From positions 1 to 38,102 of the IMG/VR virus record IMGVR_UViG_3300048599_000143: 38,102 nt of DNA, one strand, 5' to 3'. The notes below the pieces were generated by a model, which was not told where the DNA came from, ran no database searches, and worked only from the letters and a program-made list of their open reading frames with translations. Numbering within the stretch: position 1 is the first letter of the stretch; each line of letters starts with the position of its first letter. Both the position numbers and the translations under genes were made by a program. Origin of the DNA: a virus. Lineage: Duplodnaviria; Caudoviricetes. Positions 17,232-28,400 of this stretch are shown here, piece after piece.

Positions 17232-17493
17232 CTGCGATCACGACGACTACGAGTCCGACATCCTGACTGGAGATGCCACCTGCTATCGATGCGGCCATCG
17301 ATGGATCATGACGGCCAATGAAATCTACGCAGAGATCGAGCGGATACGTCGATATGACGACTGGCTGCGCGAACAGGAGCGTCCATGGAACAGGTTCAAG
17401 GAATGGGTCGTGCAGAAGGTTTGCGCGACTTTCCGGCTCTTGCGGCGTCTTTGGTCGCCGAGGAAAGGATCGGATGACGAAATTCCTTTCTGA
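17149..17493 (+). CDS. Acidic Zn-finger protein ending in SDDEIPF
   Basis: AAAGGAG RBS before the ATG at 17149; CDH...CYRCG; SSB-like C-terminal tip. Confidence 0.75.
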   Translation: MSTTEESRSRSEDPWDADHYDDDPREDDCDHDDYESDILTGDATCYRCGHRWIMTANEIYAEIERIRRYDDWLREQERPWNRFKEWVVQKVCATFRLLRRLWSPRKGSDDEIPF

Positions 17494-17514
17494 ATCGCTG
17501 GCGAGGACACACTC

Positions 17515-17694
17515 ATGATCGAACGTGATCGGGGCGACATCAAAATCATATGCGATGTCTGCGGTCTGGTTCGCGAGACTGGAACCGACGAATGGGATGT
17601 CGCGTGGCAGACGGCAAAGCGCGATGGCTGGAAGGCCGAGAAGGTCGGCAAGGACTGGCTGCACGCTTGCGAAGATTGCGATACGCGGGGATGA
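17515..17694 (+). CDS. Small Zn-ribbon protein (59 aa, MIERDRGDIKIICDVCG...AKRDGW...HACEDC)
   Basis: Translated by hand; GAGG RBS; CxxC...GW...CxxC. Confidence 0.75.
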   Translation: MIERDRGDIKIICDVCGLVRETGTDEWDVAWQTAKRDGWKAEKVGKDWLHACEDCDTRG

Positions 17695-17712
17695 TCGGCA
17701 ATGCCCGGATCG

Positions 17713-18132
17713 CTAAGGCCAGCCCGGCCGACGATCCCGATCAATCGGCTTCCCCGGCTCGTGATGCGGACTGAGCTTCAGGACGCGCGGAATTGGATGC
17801 CGCCCCTCGCACATCGAGCACTCGAACTTCGGCACCACCGCGGTCACCGGCAGATTCGGATTGCTCTTGCGGAAGGTGAGATCGATCGCGCTCACCGTCT
17901 CGCAGCGCCGGCAGACCACATGCAGCCACGGATGGCCGGCGAGCATCGCGCATTCGACGGTCGGGACCGTCAGAATCCGGCGCTTCTCGGCGATCCGGGC
18001 ATTGAAGTTACCGACCAGCCATTGCGCGTGATCGAGGTCCTGTGCCTGTTCGGCCGCGCGCTTCTCCAGCGCTTCCTTCTGGAACTCGCGCTCGCGGGCC
18101 TCAAGCTGGCGGCGACCAAGGGTGTGGGACAT
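17713..18132 (-). CDS. Hypothetical Zn-binding protein (PT...A..AG.PWL.V.C..C)
   Basis: Two CxxC pairs; GGAG upstream. Confidence 0.7.
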   Translation of the reverse strand: MSHTLGRRQLEAREREFQKEALEKRAAEQAQDLDHAQWLVGNFNARIAEKRRILTVPTVECAMLAGHPWLHVVCRRCETVSAIDLTFRKSNPNLPVTAVVPKFECSMCEGRHPIPRVLKLSPHHEPGKPIDRDRRPGWP

Positions 18133-18196
18133 GGGACGGATTCTCCGCAGCCGGGTGCCGACTGCAAGCCGCTAGATGCTGTGTTAGCCTCCGGGC

Positions 18197-18439
18197 ATGG
18201 CCACGAGCTGGCAGCGACGTTTCAAGGAACCCATTCGTCTCGCGGACGGAACAAAACTGCTCACGCTGCAGGACGCGGCGGACTGGTTCATCGATCACAA
18301 CCCGCCTGGTCCTCAGCCCTTGCATTTCCGGATCGCCATCGATCGACTGATGGACGCGGCAAAGCGGGCCGACGACATCGAATCCGCCGAAACCGCGGTG
18401 CGTCTGGCCTTGTTCAAAGGGCTGGATTTCGGTCGGTAG
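18197..18439 (+). CDS. Small hypothetical protein (W.R.F.EPI.L.DG..L.TL.DAA)
   Basis: Protein-like; motif recalled from Rhizobiales hypothetical proteins. Confidence 0.7.
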   Translation: MATSWQRRFKEPIRLADGTKLLTLQDAADWFIDHNPPGPQPLHFRIAIDRLMDAAKRADDIESAETAVRLALFKGLDFGR

Positions 18440-18449
18440 GTTCGCGGGA

Positions 18450-18641
18450 ATGAGCGCTATCGGCGTCCTATGCGCCGCGATCGGCGCCATGATCGTGATC
18501 GGCATGAACGCCATCGCCGGCTACCGGCTGCACCGGCTCATAGAGGAGAGAGCGCCGGGGATAGGCGCCCTGCTCCCTACTGATACTGGAGTTTGGCTCG
18601 GGATCCTCGCCGGGGTTGCGATGGTCGGGAGCTGGTGCTGA
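18450..18641 (+). CDS. Small membrane protein
   Basis: Two hydrophobic segments. Confidence 0.5.
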   Translation: MSAIGVLCAAIGAMIVIGMNAIAGYRLHRLIEERAPGIGALLPTDTGVWLGILAGVAMVGSWC

Positions 18642-18643
18642 AC

Positions 18644-18664
18644 AGCGCCTAATTGGTAGGCGCT
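18644..18664. terminator. Hairpin between convergent transcription units
   Basis: agcgccta-attgg-taggcgct, an 8-bp stem; U-tracts are weak. Confidence 0.5.
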
Positions 18665-18688
18665 TCGCGGATTTCCCGCAAGCCGCCA

Positions 18689-19396
18689 TCAATACTTCGA
18701 AACGATCGGCCCTTTGCCGCCGCCGAAGCGATAGTTCAGCCCGAGCTTCACGGTGTGCGAGTTGAAGTCGGCATCGAAGCCGCCCGGCGCGAAATATTCC
18801 TCGCTGCCAAGCGCGACATAGAGATACTCGACTTTCGCGGTCCAGCCGTCGACGAGCGCCCATTCGACACCACCGCCGGCGGTCCATCCGGTGTGGGTCT
18901 TCTTCTCGCTGATGGTGGCGGAAATCCCGGGAGCTGTCAGGGTCACATCGACCTCGGCCTTGCCCCATGCAAAGCCGCCGGTGCCATAGACGAGCACGCC
19001 GTCCCAGGCATAGCCGATGCGCCCGCGCGCGGTGCCGAAATAAGTGATCTCGCCACCGAGCGTCATGGTGGCAGGCGCGATCGTCGCCGACACATCGCCC
19101 TTGAGCGCCGCGAAGGCGGAATCGACCTCGATGCCGAACACCCACGGCGAGCCCACGGCCTGATAATTGACGCCGATCAGCCCGCCGCCGAACCAGCCGT
19201 CCATGTCGATCGAGCCGCCGAGGAAGGTGGAGTTTCCGTCGCCCGTACCGTAGCCGCCGAATCCGCCGACATAGACGCCGCTCCAGTTGTAGGCAGGAAC
19301 GACAACGGGCGCCCTGTAGACAGGAGCGGAAATGTCGGCCGCAAGCGCCTGGCCCGAGACGAGCAGAGCGGCGCCGATGATGGCGAAACGTCGCAT
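18689..19396 (-). CDS. Omp25/Omp31/RopB-family outer membrane beta-barrel protein (moron)
   Basis: Signal peptide ending ALA-AD, YNWSGVYVG, RGRIGYA.D..LVYGTGG.A, GWTAGGGVE, KVEYLY, VKLGLNYRF. Confidence 0.92.
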   Translation of the reverse strand: MRRFAIIGAALLVSGQALAADISAPVYRAPVVVPAYNWSGVYVGGFGGYGTGDGNSTFLGGSIDMDGWFGGGLIGVNYQAVGSPWVFGIEVDSAFAALKGDVSATIAPATMTLGGEITYFGTARGRIGYAWDGVLVYGTGGFAWGKAEVDVTLTAPGISATISEKKTHTGWTAGGGVEWALVDGWTAKVEYLYVALGSEEYFAPGGFDADFNSHTVKLGLNYRFGGGKGPIVSKY

Positions 19397-19475
19397 GGAA
19401 AGCCCCCAAGTTCGCGCATTGCGCGCGTGCAGGAACCTATCCTTACCACCTTGGATGAGTCCAGCCCCGGAGGTA

Positions 19476-22400
19476 CTATTTCGAAAGCGCCTCGGCTTTT
19501 TCCTGTATTTTCCGCTTCTTGGCGACGATCTCCGAAATCGCCTTGTTGAATTCCGTCTCCGAGATGAGCCCGCGCTGCTGGCGCCGGCCGAGTCGCTGCA
19601 CTTCCTCGTTGAGCGCCCGGTCCACTCGCTTGAGCTCGATCGCCTTCCACTTCATGGCGTCCTCGACATCCTGCGGCTTGAGCTTGATGCCGACGGAGGA
19701 TGCGAGCGCGAGTGACACCGAATACGGCCGGCCGGCGGAATCGGTCGCGCCCTTCACCGCATTGGCGACGCGATCCCAATAGAACGAATTCGGGACATAG
19801 GCTGCCGACGGCACCCACGACTTGTAGAGATGGTCGGCGCGCTTCTTGCCGCGGTCCCACCAATCGTCTGTCTTGGTGTTGACGATCTCGTTGCCGGTGA
19901 AGGCTTGCCGGTTGAGGAACAGCTCGGCGCCGATCATCAGCGGCCCGCCGAAATTCAGCCAGGCCGGCAGGTCGCCCTGCGACAGATCGAAGATATCGCC
20001 GGCAGGGATCCACCGCCGGATGTCGAGGAAGACCGGATTTTTGTGCCGGTCGTTGAACGGCATGCGCGTCATCCGCTCGGTGCCGATCCAGGTGCGGCCC
20101 TGCTCGTTCTCGCGCAGGCTCTTGCGTTCCTTGTCCTCGTCTCCGCCGGTCAGCGCGTAGGCCATCGCGTTCAGCACATAGGCGATCGTGAAATACTTCG
20201 CGAGCTTCCACGGCCGCGTCGCCACCGCTTTGGCGACCAGCGGCGCCGCCCGGTAGGTATAGGAGATGAAGGGCAGGATCGAGTTGCGCGCCATGTTCAC
20301 CCACGGCGCGCGGATGTCGTAGTCGATGAACTGCTCGCGCGCCATGTCGGCTGCGGCCTTCGCATCGTCGCCCAGCGCCCGGCGACGCATATAGGTCGCC
20401 ATCCGGAAAACCTCGTCTTCGACCCGGTAGGCGTCGATCATCTTCTTGTCGAGCGCCTTGAGCTTCGACCACAGCAATTCCGTCACGCGTGACACCGCGC
20501 CGAGCGTGCCGAGCTGGTTGCTCTGCTGGAACGTGTTCTCGCGCATGATCTCGTCGAGCACGGGCTTGAGCACCTGCTCGCGGACTTCCTGCGTCATCAT
20601 GTCGGCGCCGAAGGCTCCGTGCCGGAATGCCTCCTCGTAGTTCTCGTCGCCTGCGAGATAGGAGCGGATGCCGTCGGCGAGGTCCTGCATGCGCACGTCG
20701 ATCATGTCCATCAGGACGAAGTTCGACATCACGTTGTTCATGTGCACCACCGGCGAGCGCGCGGTCTTGTTGAGCTTCCATTGCGTCAGCAACGTCCGCC
20801 ACACGTTCGGCCGCGACATCACGTCGATCTCGTTGAGGTCGCGCCAGATTTCCTCGCGGACATATTTGCCGGCGAGCGCGCCCCACCGCTTCTTGCCGCC
20901 CGAATCCGGGATCTCGGTCGTGGGCACCTTCACCCACTCGACATTGCCGCGCTTCACGTAGCGCTGGCCCTGCGCGCTCCATTCCGCCGCATCGAGCGTC
21001 ACGCCGGACGGCGGCTGCGAAGTTGCCCAATCCTCGTTTTCAGCGATGTCCTTCAAGAACTTGCCGACCGACAGATCGTGCGCCATCAGCATGAAGGTCT
21101 TGCCGATGGTGTAGCGCGCGTCGAGGATTTCGCCCATGCGGGTGCGCTCCTCCTTGGTGAAGTCGCGCCAGAGCGTGATCTTGCCGCCCTTCGCGCCGCG
21201 AACTTCCCATATGCCCTGATTGCGGAAACGCTCATAGCGATCGGGGATCGCCTGGTCGGCAGGCCAATAGACGGTGCGGATCGGCTTCTCGGTGGCGCGG
21301 TTCTCGTCCAGCTCGAGCGCGCCCTGGTCGGGCATCTCGTCGAGCCGGATGAAACGCTCGCCGTTCTGCGGCGCGCCGCGCTCGGCTTCGACCCAGCCCG
21401 GCACATTCTTCATCAACTGGCCGACATGGACCTCATGGAAGATGCCGCGGCCACGGAGCTGGTCACCGATGATCTTCTTGCGGCGGTTGCCCATGATGGC
21501 GTTGACCATCCGGACAAGCCCGTTCTGCTCCGCCTCGTACTTCTTATAGACCCGGTGAAGATAGGTGCCGCGATTGCGTTCGAAGCTTTCGGGTGACACG
21601 AGACCCAAGCCCACCGCCTCCTGGCCGAGATGGTCGACGGCGGCGCGGATCGGCTCCGCCAAAGCGCCCATCTGACCTTCGCTGACTTCCTCGCCGGTGA
21701 GGATTGCCTGCAGGACCTTGGCCTCCTGCGGGCCGACAGCATGATCCTTGAGCGAACGCAGGACCTCGGCGCCCTGCATCATCACCGCGCGCTCGTCCAG
21801 CGCCCGCTCGCGTTCCCGCGTGACATAGTCGTCGGCGAGACCGTAGCGATCGACCAGGCCCGCGCGTGCCACTTCAAGCCACGGATTGGCGAAGGCGAAG
21901 CGGCCCTCCACGGAGAATTTCGCGGTCGTGATGGCGCGAGAGGCGGCATCGAACAGCCGGGCGCCCGGCTTCCATGTGCCGTCGTAGTCGGTGCCGCCGA
22001 ACCAATCGAATGGCATGCGGATCGCGCGATCGAGGAATTGCCCGCGCGCGAGGAAGCCCTGCATGACCGCCTGACGTTCGATCGCGGTCTGCGGATCGCG
22101 GCGCAGCGAGAAGACTTCGTCGGAATCGTCCGGCTTGGTCAGCCCTTCGGGCGCCGTGCCTTTTTTGGACTGGGACTCGTCATCGGGCGAAAGCTCCCCT
22201 ATATTGGAATCGCCGGGACCGCGGTGTTCCAATCCTGGATCGCGTACTCGAAGGGTATCCTTCTCCGCACCAGCGATCCGCGCGTCCCGGTCTTTTGACA
22301 AATCATAGAACAGATGGCCGTCGCGCATTTCGCGAACCGTCAGAATCACGTCGATCGTTCGCCTGCCCACCTCTACGGCTCCGCCGAATTTGTGGATTGC

Positions 22401-25400
22401 CTTGATGTCGTTTCGGCCGCGATCGTCGGGCTGCTCGCCAAGATAGCGCCCGGTTTCAAGGAGATCAGGAATTGCCGGGAAGATACGCAACAAATCTTCG
22501 CCCTTGCCGACGCTCGCCCTTTTCAATCCCTGCCAGCCAATCCTGATTGTCTTGCCAGTCGCCTTGTTGACAACCTCGCGGTTGGCAAGATTCGCGCGGG
22601 CATATCTCGATGCCAGCTGACGCAGATGGCCGAGGCTGGACGCCTTCCCCAACTCGTCACCGGTGAGCGTTGCAGCGACCGGCGAAGGTTCGCGCACCGC
22701 GAACATATCGCCCTGCATATTTGGTTCCTCGAACAGCGGCAGGCCGCCGGTCCCCCTTTGCGATTTCCTTCCCCGCTTCGGGTTGCCCTTGAGCCGCTCC
22801 TTCTCGCTGATGCGCTCGGCGCCGGGAATGATGAGCTGCTCGCGCGGGCCGTCCGGGGTTTGCACGATCTCGGACTTGAACAGGTCGCCGTCGCCGGAAG
22901 GCACGGCATAGGCAACCGCGCCCTGCTGCGACCATTGTCCAGACGCGCTGTCCCGCGGCTGCGAGCGCCGGCCGATGTCGCCGCGATCGATGCTGCGGAA
23001 GATGTCCTCCGCGGCCCTAAAACCATTTCCGCGCAGCGCGTTGCCGAGCACCTGGAGAAAATCAGTAATGCGCTTGAACAGCCGGGCGATGCGGCCGTCG
23101 ACCTGCATTTCGCCGGATTGCCACGCGGCATAGGCGTGTGCGACCGCCTCCTCCGTCTTTACCCATTCCGGCCAACTGTCATAGCGGCGGCCGATCTCGA
23201 ACTTCTGGCGCCAGACTGGCGCCGCGCGCGTCAGGATCGACCATTCGGCCGGTGTGAACAGACCCTGCCGTCGGATCGCATGCAGCGCCTCATGATGGAG
23301 CGTCTTGAACTTGTTCTCGGTATCGAGCGCGATGGTGATGACGTTTCTCAGATACATACCGTCCGCGGTGATGAGCTCGCCATTGACCCATCGTTCGATC
23401 GTGTCCTCGAACTTGAGCGCGACCTTGCCGAGCCCGATGCGTTTGAGTTCGCGGCTCAGATGGGTGTACGTGCTTTCACGCCGACCGAGGAAACTCTCGT
23501 TGAACGGCGTGCGCAGGCGCGTGTCTTCGGGATTGTCGCGCAGCGCGAAGGCGCTTTCCGCGGCATCGTCGGCAGATTGTCCGCGTTCGAGGAGTTCGGT
23601 CGCCGGCCGGTATTGCGTGATGGCCTTGATCGCCTTCTCGCCGGCAGCCGGCTCGGTCGGGATGAAATACCGGAGCCGATGCTGGATCATCTCGGTGAAC
23701 GCGCCGTCCTGCTTCGCCTGCTGGCCCTCCGAATAGCTGGACGGGCCTTTGAGCTCGATGCGGTTCTGATCGGCGACGCGCGCGCGGTAGAGCGTCCAGC
23801 CGTTGGCGAGCGTGGCGCGCCCGCCATCCATCAGCGCCTTGAACAGCTCTGCCGGCGTGACCTTGGGCGCCTCGGCCTCGGTGCCGAGCGCGCGCAGCGT
23901 GGTCGAGACATAGCCCTGCGGGATGACGCGGCCGATGAACTGTTCGCCGGCATCGGTCTGGAGCCGCACCACGCGCGCGGATCCTTTCAGCCGGTCCCAG
24001 ATCGGCAGCACCGCCCCCGAGATCAAATGCAGCGGCTCTTCCAGAAATTCCGGGGCGGCGTCGATTTCCTTCTTCCAGTGATCCTGCGCCTCGTCCCGCG
24101 CCAGGCGCGACCAGCCCTTGCCGTTGTCGACCTTCTCGCGTTCGGTCACGCGTGACGGAGAGATCGGATTGATGAGCCGGTAATAATCAACGATCTTGCC
24201 TTTCTCGTCGGTGAGGCTTGAGGCTTCCGCCACGGCATAGACCTTGCGGTTCGGGGACAGCACGTAGAACTTGACCGGCCGCGACTTCGAATCTGCGACG
24301 TCGTTGAAGGCAAGTGCCTTGAAGCGGTTCGACAGGGTGAATTTGACGTATTTGGTCTCGGCCGCGGTGTCTTCGACCGTGTGAACCACCTTCTCCATAT
24401 CCTTGACGATCTTGTCGGCGCGCACCGTTTCCAGGCCGACATCGAGCAGCCCCGCCTGCTGGCGCGCCTCGATGACGCGATCGAGCCGCTCCGAGAATGC
24501 ATCGAACACGCGGTTCTGCATCTCGATCTTGAGGGAAAGCAGGCGGTTGAGGAATTGCGTGATCGGCGGCACGTCCTCTTTCGCGCCGAGCACCCGGCCC
24601 TCCTCGTCCTTGTTGCGGAGCGAGAGCCCGGTCTGCTTCTCGAATTCGTCGACCGTGATGCCTTTGATGTTGTCGCGCAGCAGGTCGTTGTAGAATTGCC
24701 GCAGCGCCTGCACGGCCTCGGTGCTTTCGAGATTATCGCGCGCGGAGAAGATGCCCTGGTCGCCCGCCTGGCGCTGACCCTTGGTCAGGGCGCCGAGCTG
24801 CGCCAGCCGCCGCGCGATCGAGGAGATGAAGCGCTTCTGGCCCTGCAGGTCGGTCGTGACCAGCCGCACCATCGGCGCCGACGCCTGATTGGTGCGATGG
24901 GTGCGGCCGAAGCCCTGCACCGCCTTGTCGGCGCGCCAGCCGCCCTGCACGAGGTAATGCGCACGCCGGGCATTCTTCGAGGGCGCGGTATTGTCGGCAT
25001 GATAGGAGCGGCCGGTGCCGCCGGCCTCGGAGAACACGAGAATTTTCTTCGTGCCGGCCTGGAAAGCATCGGTCTCGGCAAGGTTCGCAGATCCCGGACG
25101 CGAATCCTCGACCCGCTTTCGCTGGCCGGTCTTCTCGTCCTCTTTCAGGATGAAGCGACGGCCGCGGCCGGTGACTTCCGCCACCACGTCGGCGCCGAAG
25201 TGATCGAGCACCATGTCGAGCGGACCTTGCGGCACGCGCACCGATGCCAGCCGCTCGACCAGCGCATCGCGCATGCGGACGGCCTGCTTGTTCTGGACCG
25301 GCTCTCCGTTCGAATCCGTGACCGGACGGGAGCGGACTTTCTCCTTGCCGTCCACGATCTCGGAATATTGCTCATACTCCTGCGTCGGGAATGACCGCTC

Positions 25401-28400
25401 CACGAGCTGGATGATCTGGTCACGCGGCGTGATGTCGAGGTCCTCGATCTCCTCGGCCGTGGTGGCCTTGGCCGCGGCGCGCTCCTGCGACGCCTCGTTG
25501 GTGTTGGTGAGCTGCAGCACCGCCTGCCGGCCGGCAGCAAGATCGGCTTCCACCGCCTTGATGACAGAGGGCATCTGCATCGACGTGATGATCTGGTTGA
25601 AGAAGCGCTGATGCGCGCCCCAGAAGGCAGAGAGTGCCGCGGATTTCGCGCGGGCGTCCTTGTTGCCGCCGGTCAGCTCGAGCGCGGCGGTTATGTTGCC
25701 GAGAACGCCTTGCCACGCCTCGGCGAGCGTGTCGTAGATTTCACGCTGGTTGTCGTCGAGCTTGTGCTCGATGCGATCGTATTCGACGCCGTCATAGGAC
25801 AGGTTGCGCGCGGTATAGAGGCCGAGCTGCTTCATGTCGCGCGCGATGAGCTCCATCGCGGCAATGCCGCCCTCTTCCACATCGGCGATGAACTTATCGC
25901 GCGACGCAAACGGCGTTCCACGGCCCCACAATCCGAGGCGGGAGCCATAGGCAAGGTTCTCGACTTCGGTCGCGCCGGTCGCCGAAACATAGACAACGCG
26001 AGCGTTGGGCAAGGCTTCCTGCAATGCCATGCCGGCGAGCGCCTTTTGAGCGGCATCTTTCTGGCCGCGCTCGGTCTTGCCGCCGGTCGCATTGCCCATG
26101 TTATGGGCTTCATCGAAGGCGATCACGCCGTCGAAGTCCTTGCCGAACCATTCGACAAGCTGATCGACGCGGGACTTGACCTGCACCTGCTCCAGGGCCG
26201 TGACCTCGGGGGCGGGAACGGTGATGCGGGTCTTGTTGTCGAGATCGATGGTGATGTTCGCCGGGCGCTTCGAATTGCCGGGCTCGACCTTGGCGACAAT
26301 GCCGCGCTGGCCGTTCACCTTGACCTTCTGCTTGCGCACGAAGGAGCCGCGCGCGATCGCGGCCTGATCCGACATACCGCCCTTGAGCGTGTCATAGGTC
26401 ATGAAGGCGATGCCGCGCGCGCCCTGCACCGGCTCGCCGGTCTTCACCTTGCCGGCGTTGAAGACAAGGTTCGGGTCCTGGCCGAGCCCCTTCCAGTCGC
26501 GCTTGGCGTCGCTGAAAAGCGTTTGTTTCTCGGAAATCCAGATCGCCTTGCGGCGACCCTGCATCCAGTTATCGAGGATGATCCCGGAAATCTCGCGACC
26601 TTTGCCGACGCCGGTGCCGTCGCCGATGAAATAGCCGCGGCGCTTCGGCGTCTCGCCGTCGGCCGCCGGCAGCATCTTGGAATGCGCCTGCCCGGCATAG
26701 ACCGTGGTCTCGAGCTGGGCGAGCGAAAGCAGGCCATCGGCGATGACCTTCTTCGGCACATGCGGTTCGTAGGTCACCGGCGGCGGCGACACCGACGCCA
26801 TCGAGGCGGATTCGACGAGCGGCCCGGGGTGCGGCTTTGCGCCCTTCACCCGCACGCGCTGCGGCTCGTAGGATTGATACAGGCTTTCGTTGATCTCGGA
26901 AGCGCCCTGCTTGCCGGGATCGACGCGTTCTAGTCCGACCCGCTCGCCGACGGCTGCAGCGCCGGATTGTCCGCTACCTGCCTGCTCCAGATTGTTTCGA
27001 GCAGCCGGAACGCCGCCATTTCCGCCTTCGGCGCGGTCTGCAGGACGTGCAGAAGATTGCTTTCCTGTTCCTCGCGATCCGGCCCGTTCGGGTTGCTGGT
27101 CAGCCACCCCATCACGCTGTCCGGGCTCCACGCGAACATCTGCGCCAGTTGCTCCTCCAGCGGATATATCTCGGCTGTCGGAACGACCGCGTCCTCCAAC
27201 CCCCACTCCGCCAGTTGCAGCAGGTACAGACGGTGATCCTCGATCGGTGCTTGCGGCTTCGCCTCGCGCAGCCATTCCAGCGCCAGTTGATTGATCGGCT
27301 CGCTGTTCTGCGGAAGCGTTCGGGCGGCCATCGCGGATCGGCTCCAAGGCGCGCATCAGGTCTTCGACCGTCTGCGCTTCGGTCAGCACCGGCTTATGCC
27401 CCGCCGGCGGCGCAACCTTATCTATGACCAGTAAACGAGTGCCGAAAGTGGTGCCGTATTTCTCGTAGACCTTGCCCGAGACCCCGATATTGGCCTGCAC
27501 GGTGTTGGCCTTGGCGATTCTGTTCCACCACACCCGATAGGCCGGCGCGCCCTTCGTGAAGCCGCCATTGACGATCGCGACCAGGCGCCCGCCATCTTCG
27601 AGCCGGTTGAGCGCGGCCTCGATGTGGTTGGCGGCCACCATCGGCACCTTCTGATTTCCCATGCGGCCGGCGGTCTGCGAGAACGGCGGGTTCATCACCA
27701 CCACCGTCGGCTTCACGTCGTCGGGTAGAATGTTGTCGAGCTGCTCGGCATCTTCGGTGAAGACGCGCCCTCGATCGCCGACAAGACGGCGAAGGAGCGG
27801 CACGCGGCGCTGTGCGAGCTCGTTGACAAAAAATGTCAACCCGGGCCGCGACGCCGCCGCGACCAGGGAACCGGTACCGGCCGACGGCTCCAGCATGCGG
27901 TCACCTTCGCGGAGGTTCGCGGCATAAGCGGCGGCCGCCGCATAATGCGGTGGCGTCGAGAATTGCTGATAAGCAACCTGCTCCTCGTCGCGCACGCGCT
28001 GCGTCGGCAGGCGATTGAGCATCTCGGACAGCCGCGTGTTGGCGGATTTCCAATCGCCTCGATCGACCCGCAGTTCGGCGTCGTCGCGCACCATGATGTT
28101 GACGGCGAGCTCGAGCGCGTCCGCCATGTCCTTGCGGTTGAACTTGCCCTCGGAAAGCTTCGCCTTGTAGGCGCGCTCGGCCGCCTCTTGCAGATCCTTC
28201 TGTGTGATCCGGCGCCCCGCCATCAGGAGACCGACCAGCGACGTGGCAAGATCCAGCGCCGGCAGGTTCGACATCGGACCGGCTTCGGCTTCCGCCATAG
28301 ACGACTGCGCCCCGGACTGGCCGGGGCGTTCATCGCGTGCTGCAGGTTTAGGTTCGGGCGGCGCCGGCGGCGGCGCTCCGGACCTCGTGGCTTCCGCCTC

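Noticed and set aside
19177-21030. 617-aa same-strand alternative-frame ORF as another overprinted gene
   Set aside because: R/A/G-rich shadow composition overlying a well-formed domain, unlike the two linker-confined nested ORFs
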